A stretch of 64,000 nucleotides of DNA from Takakia lepidozioides (taxonomy: Eukaryota; Plantae; Bryophyta), in assembly GCA_030704615.1 (NCBI GenBank), contig CM060732.1, positions 25,482,001-25,546,000 on the forward strand, written 5' to 3'. Both the position numbers and the translations under genes were made by a program. The notes beneath the pieces were generated by a model, which worked only from the letters and a program-made list of their open reading frames with translations, had not been told where the DNA came from and did no database searches. The number at the start of each line of letters is the position of its first letter. Positions within the stretch are counted from its first letter, which is position 1. Shown in pieces: positions 25,601 through 36,424 of the stretch.

Positions 25601-28600
25601 TGTGAATGACTGAGGTTTGCATTTGAGGAGAAAAAGAGAGCTGTCAGGGTGTGTGATTTGAGATCTGTAGAAGGGTTGTGAAGCACCTTGGCCAAATAGG
25701 ATCCACTTGGGGAAAGATAGTGCAAGGACCAGTCACTGGAGAGAGAGAAAAAGAGAAAGACCGACAGAGGGGCAGATCATGTCTTGTAACCAAGGTTGAC
25801 TTCAATGATGGATGCACTGGATGCCTGGCTGGATGTGCATTTGCATTGCATCATAGCCATGCTGTTGTAAAAAAAGTGAGGAATCCACACACCAAGGAAA
25901 AGGAGTGTGAGAGAAAGAAAAAGTGAAAAGGGAGAAAGGGTTGATGAGGGATGGACAAATGGAGAGGCAAGGTCAAGAAGACATGAACCCTGAATGATCA
26001 AACTAGTGGACCTGCAGTTCATGGCAGATCTGAGCTGTCCACCCACCTAGACCGTGATCTCATTACAAAAAGGGGCTTCCGACGTGTTGCAGACCAAGGG
26101 AACTGCCCACAAGGGCAGTGTTTATCACTGACATAGGGCTGATTGCATCACTTAATACATCGTGGCAGCATAGTTGGTGCTGTACCTGCAGGTAGAGGAT
26201 GTTGTGTAAAAGGTAGAACCAAGAGTGAACAACAATTTGACTCCCCATCCATGTCTTCTCTTCCGCTGCGGCGTGGATGAGGATTGCTTGAACTCTGATC
26301 ACGAAGGAGCTGAGGGAAACCCACAGCCAAGTGACGACAGTAGGACAGAAAAGAAGAACCTTCTTTCTTTTGCTCCGCTTAGAATGGAAGGAAGCACAAT
26401 TAGAGTTATACAGAAGGGGATTCACGCCCCTTCTTTTCACACTACAGTGAAATGAACCCTTCACTGCCAGCTCAGACAGTGTGCAACAACGCACACTGTT
26501 TGAGCTGAACATTTCAATGTTTCAGGGTGCAAAATTTGGACTTCAGAGGCACCTATAATAGGATGAAATGAACCCTTCACTGTCAGCCCAAATAGTGTGC
26601 GGCAACGCACACTGTTTGAGCTGAACATTTCAATGTTTCAGGGTGCAAAATTTGGACTTCAGGGGCACCTATGTGAGGATGAAATGAACCCTTCACTGTC
26701 AGCCAAAACAGTGTGCGGCAACGCACACTGTTTGAGCTGAACATTTCAATGTTTTAGGGTGCAAAATTTGGTCTTGCTGTCTGTTATCTGAGGTTGAAAT
26801 GAACCCTTCACAACCAGCTCACACAGTGTGCGGCAACGCACACTGTTTGAGCAGATCTTTTCAATGTTTTAGGGTGCAAAATTTGGTCTTGCTGTCTGTT
26901 ATCTGGGGGTGAAATGAACCCTTCACTGCCAGCTCAGACAGTGTGCGGCAACGCACACTGTTTGAGCTGAACATTTCAATGTTTCTGGGTGCAAAATTTG
27001 GACTTCAGGGTGACCTGTTTGAGGATGAAATGAACCCTTCGCTGTCAGCCCAAACAGTGTGCGGCAACGCACACTGTTTGAGCTGAACATTTCAATGTTT
27101 TAGGGTGCAAAATTTGGTCTTGCTGTCTGTTATCTGAGGTTGAAATGAACCCTTCACAACCAGCTCACACAGTGTGCGGCAACGCACACTGTTTGAGCAG
27201 ATCTTTTCAATGTTTTAGGGTGCAAAATTTGGTCTTGCTGTCTGTTATCTGGGGTGAAATGAACCCTTCACTGCCAGCTCAGACAGTGTGCGGCAACGCA
27301 CACTGTTTGAGCTGAACATTTCAATGTTTCTGGGTGCAAAATTTGGACTTCAGGGTGACCTGTTTGAGGATGAAATGAACCCTTCACTGTCAGCCCAAAC
27401 AGTGTGCGGCAACGCACACTGTTTGAGCTGAACATTTCAATGTTTTAGGGTGCAAAATTTGGTCTTGCTGTCTGTTATCTGAGGTTGAAATGAACCCTTC
27501 AAAACCAGCTCACACAGTGTGCGGCAACGCACACTGTTTGAGCAGATCTTTTCAATGTTTTAGGGTGCAAAATTTGGTCTTGCTGTCTGTTATCTGGGGG
27601 TGAAATGAACCCTTCACTGCCAGCTCAGACAGTGTGCGGCAACACACACTATTTGAGCTGAACATTTCAATGTTTCTGGGTGCAAAATTTGGACTTCAGG
27701 GTGACCTGTTTGAGGATGAAATAACCCTTCACTGTCAGCCCAAACAGTGTGCGGCAACGCACACTGTTTGAGCTGAACATTTCAATGTTTCTGGGTGCAA
27801 AATTTGGACTTCAGGGGCACCTATGTGAGGATGAAATGAACCCTTCACTGTCAGCCAAAACAGTGTGCGGCAACGCACACTGTTTTAGATGAACATTTCA
27901 ATGTTTTAGGGTGCAAAATTTGGTCTTGCTGTCTGTTATTTGAGGTTGAAATGAACCCTTCACAACCAGCTCACACAGTGTGCGACAACGCACACTGTTT
28001 GAGCAGATCTTTTCAATGTTTTAGGGTGCAAAATTTGGTCTTGCTGTCTGTTATCTGGGGGTGAAATGAACCCTTCACTGCCAGCTCAGACAGTGTGCGG
28101 CAACGCACACTGTTTGAGCTGAACATTTCAATGTTTCTGGGTGCAAAATTTGGACTTCAGGGTGACCTGTTTGAGGATGAAATGAACCCTTCACTGTCAG
28201 CCCAAACAGTGTGCGGCAACGCACACTGTTTGAGCTGAACATTTCAATGTTTTAGGGTGCAAAATTTGGTCTTGCTGTCTGTTATCTGAGGTTGAAATGA
28301 ACCCTTCACAACCAGCTCACACAGTGTGCGGCAACGCACACTGTTTGAGCAGATCTTTTCAATGTTTTAGGGTGCAAAATTTGGTCTTGCTGTCTGTTAT
28401 CTGGGGTGAAATGAACCCTTCACTGCCAGCTCAGACAGTGTGCGGCAACGCACACTGTTTGAGCTGAACATTTCAATGTTTCTGGGTGCAAAATTTGGAC
28501 TTCAGGGTGACCTGTTTGAGGATGAAATGAACCCTTCACTGTCAGCCCAAACAGTGTGCGGCAACGCACACTGTTTGAGCTGAACATTTCAATGTTTTAG

Positions 28601-31600
28601 GGTGCAAAATTTGGTCTTGCTGTCTGTTATCTGAGGTTGAAATGAACCCTTCAAAACCAGCTCACACAGTGTGCGGCAACGCACACTGTTTGAGCAGATC
28701 TTTTCAATGTTTTAGGGTGCAAAATTTGGTCTTGCTGTCTGTTATCTGGGGGTGAAATGAACCCTTCACTGCCAGCTCAGACAGTGTGCGGCAACACACA
28801 CTATTTGAGCTGAACATTTCAATGTTTCTGGGTGCAAAATTTGGACTTCAGGGTGACCTGTTTGAGGATGAAATAAACCCTTCACTGTCAGCCCAAACAG
28901 TGTGCGGCAACGCACACTGTTTGAGCTGAACATTTCAATGTTTCTGGGTGCAAAATTTGGACTTCAGGGGCACCTATGTGAGGATGAAATGAACCCTTCA
29001 CTGTCAGCCAAAACAGTGTGCGGCAACGCACACTGTTTTAGATGAACATTTCAATGTTTTAGGGTGCAAAATTTGGTCTTGCTGTCTGTTATTGAGGTTG
29101 AAATGAACCCTTCACAACCAGCTCACACAGTGTGCGGCAACGCACACTGTTTGAGCAGATCTTTTCAATGTTTTAGGGTGCAAAATTTGGTCTTGCTGTC
29201 TGTTATCTGGGGGTGAAATGAACCCTTCACTGCCAGCTCAGACAGTGTGCGGCAACGCACACTGTTTGAGCTGAACATTTCAATGTTTCTGGGTGCAAAA
29301 TTTGGACTTCAGGGTGACCTGTTTGAGGATGAAATGAACCCTTCACTGTCAGCCCAAACAGTGTGCGGCAACGCACACTGTTTGAGCTGAACATTTCAAT
29401 GTTTTAGGGTGCAAAATTTGGTCTTGCTGTCTGTTATCTGAGGTTGAAATGAACCCTTCACAACCAGCTCACACAGTGTGCGGCAACGCACACTGTTTGA
29501 GCAGATCTTTTCAATGTTTTAGGGTGCAAAATTTGGTCTTGCTGTCTGTTATCTGGGGTGAAATGAACCCTTCACTGCCAGCTCAGACAGTGTGCGGCAA
29601 CGCACACTGTTTGAGCTGAACATTTCAATGTTTCTGGGTGCAAAATTTGGACTTCAGGGTGACCTGTTTGAGGATGAAATGAACCCTTCACTGTCAGCCC
29701 AAACAGTGTGCGGCAACGCACACTGTTTGAGCTGAACATTTCAATGTTTTAGGGTGCAAAATTTGGTCTTGCTGTCTGTTATCTGAGGTGGAAATGAACC
29801 CTTCAAACCAGCTCACACAGTGTGCGGCAACGCACACTGTTTGAGCAGATCTTTTCAATGTTTTAGGGTTCAAAATTTGGTCTTGCTGTCTGTTATCTGG
29901 GGGTGAAATGAACCCTTCACTGCCAGCTCAGACAGTGTGCGGCAACACACACTATTTGAGCTGAACATTTCAATGTTTCTGGGTGCAAATTTGGACTTCA
30001 GGGTGACCTGTTTGAGGATGAAATAAACCCTTCACTGTCAGCCCAAACAGTGTGCGGCAACGCACACTGTTTGAGCTGAACATTTCAATGTTTCTGGGTG
30101 CAAAATTTGGACTTCAGGGGCACCTATGTGAGGATGAAATGAACCCTTCACTGTCAGCCAAAACAGTGTGCGGCAACGCACACTGTTTTAGATGAACATT
30201 TCAATGTTTTAGGGTGCAAAATTTGGTCTTGCTGTCTGTTATTTGAGGTTGAAATGAACCCTTCACAACCAGCTCACACAGTGTGCGGCAACGCACACTG
30301 TTTGAGCAGATCTTTTCAATGTTTTAGGGTGCAAAATTTGGTCTTGCTGTCTGTTATCTGGGGGTGAAATGAACCCTTCACTGCCAGCTCAGAAAGTGTG
30401 CAGCAACGCACACTGTTTGAGCTGAACATTTCAATGTTTCTGGGTGCAAAATTTGGACTTCAGGGGCACCTGTTTGAGGATGAAATGAACCCTTCACTGT
30501 CAGCCCAAACAGTGTGCGGCAACGCACACTGTTTGAGATGAACATTTCAATGTTTCTAGGTGCAAAATTTGGACTTCAGGGGCACCTATGTGAGGATGAA
30601 ATGAACCCTTCACTGTCAGCTCAAACAGTGTGCGGCAACGCACACTGTTTGAGCTGAACATTTCAATGTTTTAGGGTGCAAAATTTGGTCTTCAGTGTAA
30701 CATTTCTGGGGATAAAATGAACCCTTCACTGTCAGCTCAAACAGTCTGCGGAACCGCACACTATTTAGGCAGAACATATCAATATTGAAGGGCGCAACCT
30801 TCGGCCCTCATGGGCACATATCTGATGATGAAATGAATCCTTTACTGCCAGCTCAAACAGTGTGCGGCAACGCACACTGTTTGAGCAGAACTTTTCAATG
30901 TTCTTTCCCTGTGAAAATCGGGAACATAGGGCAGGTCCGTGAGGATCAATGAACACTCACCTGGCAGCTCAAAGAACACTTACCTGTTTGATCCCACTTT
31001 TTCATGCATCAGTCGACGTTTCATTCTTCTCTTATAAGAATTTGAGTGAACAACCTTGCAGGAGAAAATGCAAAGTGTGGCGGATGAGGTCCCTCAGGGT
31101 CAGGGGAAGGAGACCATAGTTGATGTTGACGATGAGTTTTATGAAAGCAAAGCCGCTGAGATGCTGGGGGGTCAAAAGGTGAACTCTCAGCTTGTGGTTC
31201 AAAGTATGCTTGCTCCTGGTGGGAGGTTGAAGATTCCCCTGTGTAGGTTGGTTTCCATGCCCGTCGTTCGTCCACCCCTTGTCAAAGACATTCTCAAGCT
31301 GGAGGCCGAGTTTGTTCATGGGTATTTGGATGGATCCACAGTCTTTTACGTTTCTACTAGGGATTCTAGAGGTAACGAGCTCCTTGTGGATGAGTCAATC
31401 GTCGACTCCTGGGACCCCATTTGGAGACGGGTGAACGAATCCTTCGAACTTCTTCTCTCCAGGAAACCTTCCACCCAGGTATTCTCGGGGAAGATGTTTC
31501 ACGTTTGGGATGGCAACCACCGGTTGCTTGCATGGATGGCTGTCATTGGGAGGCTGCACTCACAGGAGGAAGAGTGGCATTACTCTGTTCGATCGATGGT

Positions 31601-34600
31601 GCTTGATTGTGACGACAACATGATGGGTCTTCTGACGGCAATGAATGATGTGAACAGGTTGGTTTCTCATTGTACATGTTGCACTTCTGGTTCCGTTCTT
31701 CCTTGATTCAAGTCCTTGAATTACATTCTGAAATTCAGATATCATTCTGCAGAGGGACGGAGACATCGCATGTCAAAACGAGTCTGGTTCACACACTGTA
31801 TAGGATACAAAGGATCGGGCAGATGCCCTTGACCAACTTCAAGACCATCCTTTTGGCAGAGATGTATAAGAAATGCGAAAGCTCCAAGACTTCGGAAACA
31901 TGGTACTCGTTGACCCGTGAGGCTTTCATGGAGTACATGTACACGGTGAGATACATCTTCCTTCATCTGGCCTTTCCATATTCCTGCTTCCACATGTTTG
32001 TTTCTGTCTGTCTCCCTTGACCTTGGATTGATGCAACTCTCTTGCATTCCCTTGCAGCAAGACATTGCAGATGCAGGGGAGCGTGGCAAACTGGAATACT
32101 ATAGCTCTACCCCTGAGGAGAGAAGGACAGCAAAGGGGGTTGAAAGTCACATCCAGAAGGAGATGAACGCTACAAGAAGGACAATAATGAGTGCTTTTGT
32201 GAAGCAGTTGAGAATGGCCGACCCATCATTCGGGCCGCAGTTTCTCCTGGAGATAAAAAACCATTATAACAAGCCAGGCAAGCCGGAGATGGCCCAGGAG
32301 AAGTTGCACAGGTTGTCTACCGCCGTCGTGTCTTCTGAACAGAAGGTGAAGTGGCTACAGATATGGAACTCCGATCCCACAGTTAGGGATACCCACATGT
32401 TCCCAAGGCCAGAGAAAGAGAAGAAGACCCAGCGTGTCGTTCCTGTCAGTGACAATGTGCTGGACACTTGGCTTCACAAGGCCACTTACTGGAGCCAGGT
32501 GTGATGTCCTCTCGTATCTCACTTTCTTTTCTCTTTTCCTGTCCTTCTCTTCCCATTGCCTCTTACATTCGCTGTGACTGTTTTTGGGTTCATTCTTCCA
32601 TTTCAATTGTTTTGCAGTTGGAAGAAAGGGCCCGATCGGTTCTGCATACTCAGCTGGCTGACTATGGCATCACTATGACAGCTCCGAAGGTCTCCTTCGA
32701 AGCTTACATGAGGAAATGGAGAGCCACAATGTGGCACTCTGGTTTCTTTAGAGAGTTCAGCAAGGAGGGTGGCATCAGTCGAACAAATGAGCTTGACCAG
32801 CAGGAAAAAGGAGAGGAAGCCTGGAAACGATGCCTTTACAGGTGCACACCCTTGCACTCTTTACTTGTGTTGTGGTTGCAATGTGTTGTGTGGCATACTG
32901 TTTAAGGGGGTCTTCCTGGTGTGTTGAAAAAGCTGGGACACAATATGTGCACTGGAAAATGAGGCTGTGTCTGTTCCTGCAGGTACATTAGGTTTATTCT
33001 CTTGGAAGAGAATTGCTTGGACAACATCCAGATTTCGTGGACCTTTGGCTTGTCCCTGCTGGCAACCAGACCATGTTCACTGCTGGGATCTTGCATGACT
33101 AGGGCCCAGACCATCTTTCTTCTTGTGGTTGGTATTTGGATTGCCCTCCTTCAGAGACCCCAGCTGTAGAGTTGTCTTTGAGGAGAGAGAATGACCGTAT
33201 TGCAGCCACTGCCGCAGCAGCGGACCTCGACATTCATGAGCGTAATCTGAGGACTCTTGCAGAGAAGGAGCCTCCCGCTCAGGATACCCCGGGTAGAGGA
33301 AGAAAGGCAAAGGGAAAAGATGTTGCTGGTGTTGTGGGGAAGGGAAGGGGTAGAGGGAAGGTGGCACAAGGGCAGGGAAGTGTTGCAGCTATTGGCCCTG
33401 TGGAGCATGTCCAGCAGACTCCACCGCATGGTAGGGGATCCGGGAGAAAAAACAAGGGGGTGGTTGATCCCAAGGACCCGTACCATGCAGTGGAACATCC
33501 CACGAGGGTCATTCGTCCAACCAGGTTGGAGATTGCCAACGTCGGGTTCCTTGCCATGATGGAGTCGAAGAAATCTGATTACAAGGGCGAGCCATCACCA
33601 GTGTGGGAGAGGATTGTCGAGTTCCTCAGCACGGTGCGTGTTCTCTTTGGGTTCTGTGGCTTCTGCTCTCTTTGTCTGCTGTGGGCATGGATCGTTTATA
33701 AACTTGTCAGAATTCCATTGTATTTTTGTTTGCAGGCTAAAATGACCAAATCGTGGGTGAACGGGAAGGAGAAGCCATATGCAGCGGAACTCATCATCTT
33801 GGACATCCCTGATGGGTTGGCAGTCCCGGATATCCCTCCATCGGGTGCTTGTCCGGGTTGGAATGCATTTGATGAGCGCTACTGGCGGTGGGTTTTTTCC
33901 TTTTGCAACTTCTTCCTTTCCGATGCAGGTGTTTTGGTTCTCATCCAGTCCATCGATGTTCGGTGTCGCCGTGCCCTTGCCAGCTATTTGAAAGCCTCGG
34001 GCATGAGAGTCGTGAAGACATGGAATTGTGTGAACAGCATGTACCTTACGAAGGGGGATCGTCCGGGAGAGATGGTGAGTTCCCTTCTTCTTCCTCTTCT
34101 TTTTTGTTCTGGGATTGTGTTGTATAGGTCGCTCGAACTCATATGTAGGGGCCCGATTTTATTTTGGTTCTTAGTTCCTTGTGGATGTCATGTTCGCAGA
34201 CTCGTCTGTTTGAAGCTGTTTGTCTCGTCCGGGTGCATCCACCAACGACTCCGGCCGGCATTACGGAGTTTGCCATCACTCACGGGGGCAAGTTCATAGA
34301 TGACAGGACAGATCCTCCCACGGATGACATGCATCACAACTACGTCGACAGCAACTTGTGCTTGCGAAGGGGGAATGGGGTTCCTTGGAGAGGGGCGAGG
34401 GAGAGGAGCCCGGCTTTCATTCAAACGATTGTGGAGTGCTGCACCTACACAGACGCCAGAGTTCTGGATTTGTCGATGGGCACAGGTTCGTCTCTTCAAC
34501 ATTCACATTTCATGAGGTTTGATTGAGCTTGCACTTTCAGCACTTTCCACCGTTCCGAATGTGTCTTCAATGTCTGCTTACTTCATTCTATTCCACTGCA

Positions 34601-34795
34601 GGTGCTTCGTACCACGCTTGCAAGGCCAGTGCGCGACATGTCTTTGGGATTGAAGGGGATGCTGAGATTTACAAGAACCTCCTGATGGGTTTGGGTGGAC
34701 ACACTTCTCAGGTCCTTCCGAAGCCCCGTCCCGCTGATACTGGTACAGAGGAGACTTCTGACAAGGAGCTGGACTCCGACTTTGCCTGTGAGTAA
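22651..34795 (+). CDS. Spliced gene: acidic N-terminus + ParB/sulfiredoxin-like (DGNHR) domain + C-terminal beta-class N6-A/N4-C DNA methyltransferase-like domain; probably decaying
   Basis: Predicted exons ~22651-22962, 31062-31657, 31753-31945, 32058-32498, 32618-32841, 32983-33633, 33736-34074, 34200-34485, 34602-34795 (GT-AG). ParB-like core VRPP...L...F..GY...FHVWDGNHRL.AW. MTase order is motif IV ELIILDIPDG, then RERSPAFIQTIVECCT..D.RVLDLSMGTG-ASYHACKASARHVFGIEGDAEIY (motifs X-I-II). Frameshift and TAG near 33030-33100. The exon-1 link is inferred. Confidence 0.75.
23040..30905. repeat. Tandem satellite, 115-116-bp unit, ~50 copies, 18-bp-stem GCAA hairpin per unit, ~1.15-kb 10-mer higher-order repeat
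   Basis: Unit core CAGCTCAAACAGTGTGCG-GCAA-CGCACACTGTTTGAGCTG. The GGGGCACCTATGTGAGG variant recurs near 26660, 27815, 28965 and 30115. Confidence 0.97.
24297..26446. mobile_element. 2150-bp non-coding TGT...ACA element (solo LTR or Ginger-like non-autonomous element) inserted in the satellite
   Basis: Ends TGTAGTGTGAA...TTCACACTACA, extending to GAAGGGG/CCCCTTC. 4-bp TSD GTGA at 24293-24296 and 26447-26450; the satellite unit resumes exactly. Confidence 0.88.
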
Positions 34796-35929
34796 GTTCA
34801 ACCTGTGCATGCTTGCATTGTTGTTTCAATATCGAGAATCGCTGTTCTTGAGGCAAAGTGCACATGGGAGACATCCTCTTCGTTGGACTTGTGCATTGCA
34901 TCATTGTGTTAAAAATGGGATTTTGTGGACATGTGTAGGAGTCCGCGTGCTTCCACTTGCCCTCCTGGGCTATCACACCTATTTGGACTTGTTTTCAGTC
35001 CTCCTCGGTCTTGTGTGCTACCTGTCTATGCGGAGGCACTCGCAGCAAGCATGTCCGTTCATGGCACTCAGAGTCCACCTTGCGATGGCCTTCGTAGAAC
35101 ACGTGGTGTTGGGGCCAGAATCTTTGTAGATGACATAGCACAGGAGGTGGACACTGATTGTGATGACTGCGACACTTGATATGAAGTATTCTTTTGGTTT
35201 AATTCTGGGACAAATTTGAAATGGGATGGTTGTGTGTCCTTATTGTCCTCTTTGCAATGTGTGCGTGGAATTCACATTCATGGTTCCAAACTATTGTTGG
35301 AGATGGGGGTTGCATGGACTGCCCGGATTGTTCCTTCAATATATTTGTTGTTTTGTGGACCTCACAGACTTGAGTACATTGCAAAAACAAACAAACCACT
35401 TTGTTCTCAATTCTCAATTCTCCCCACATCAACCCGCGGAAATAGGTGACACCACTCGGAAATAGGTGACATCCGCGGAAATAGGCACTGTTTGCATGCT
35501 GACGTGGCGTGAGCCTGTTCTGGGCTCACGCTTTCCTGGGCTCACAGGCTCACGCCTCCAGGCTCACGGAATAGCCCCCCCCCCAATCGCAGCTACTTAC
35601 AACCTGCGCATTACTTCCATCTAGAATAATGTTAATCTTCCCTCAAGTTGAACATGAGTCAGAGGATGTTCTATGCGTTAGTTTGGATAGGTTCTCTATC
35701 CAGGGCTCCCGCCACCATAGCAATCTCATGCCTTATCGTGCTCATCCTGTTTTTGAGTGGGAACCCCTACCGGCATATTGCATTGACTGCCCTATAGCAG
35801 GAGACTTGATTATATACAGGGTCCCTCTCAAGGTGCATCCTTGGGGGTTCAAAATGATGTTGTATTGTGATGATATGCGTTCTTTGCTGCTGCTGCGTTT
35901 GGTGGATTTTTACCAGGTATTCAGCTGAG

Positions 35930-36124
35930 GTGAGGCCAGGGCGCTTTGGGATAATAATTTCACTGTACAAGCAGCAGCTATTACTGCTTCAGAATCGCTT
36001 TATTCGTGCACTAGGTTCTGGTGCAGCATGTGACATTGAGTTCAATACTGTGGATAGGTTTCAAGGACGTGAAGTCGACATTCTGATTTTGTCCATAGTC
36101 CGGACGACAAGGGCGAGAGAATAA
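35930..36124 (+). pseudogene. Captured fragment of a UPF1/Sen1 (DNA2/NAM7)-type SF1 helicase gene
   Basis: GIIISLYKQQL...IEFNTVDRFQGREVDILILSIVRT matches SF1 helicase motifs IV-V. Confidence 0.8.
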
Positions 36125-36424
36125 TAGGAATGGTGAAGTAAATCGTGGAAGCATTGGGTTTGTGGCTGATTACATAACAAGTAAAGGTGGGGGCTCTCCC
36201 ATTTGTTGTCATATTCATTGCAGATTTTCCTACTTGGTGTAAATTGGTGCAACAAAACCGAGAGTGTTGATATTCTTCTCACATTTGCTTTGGGTTGTTT
36301 TGCAGGCCATGTTTTCATACAACTGAATTGGACTGGGACAACCATTGGGAGAGAGAGTACACTTAAGCAAACTGCTGTCTGGTTTCCGATCTCTATACTG
36401 TGCTAACAGTTGTATCAGTTTTCA

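Larger units (their letters stand above)
17751..35584. mobile_element. Giant Mutator-like element (~17.8 kb) with head-to-head transposase and ParB-like/amino-MTase genes
   Basis: Direct repeat (C)AATCGCAGC at 17741-17750 and 35584-35593 (9-10-bp TSD, typical of MULEs). Degenerate TIRs built of GTGAGCC repeats (17764-17820) and their complement GGCTCAC (35508-35568). The right end terminates in poly-C. Confidence 0.85.

Noticed and set aside
23200-30700. Interstitial telomeric repeat (TTTAGGG in many units)
   Set aside because: Only one isolated heptamer per 115-bp unit, often mutated to TTCTGGG or TTCAGGG, and never tandem.
23040-30905. CRISPR array (palindromic repeat plus variable segment)
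   Set aside because: The variable segments fall into a few recurring classes in a fixed higher-order pattern rather than being unique spacers. No cas genes are present and the context is eukaryotic.
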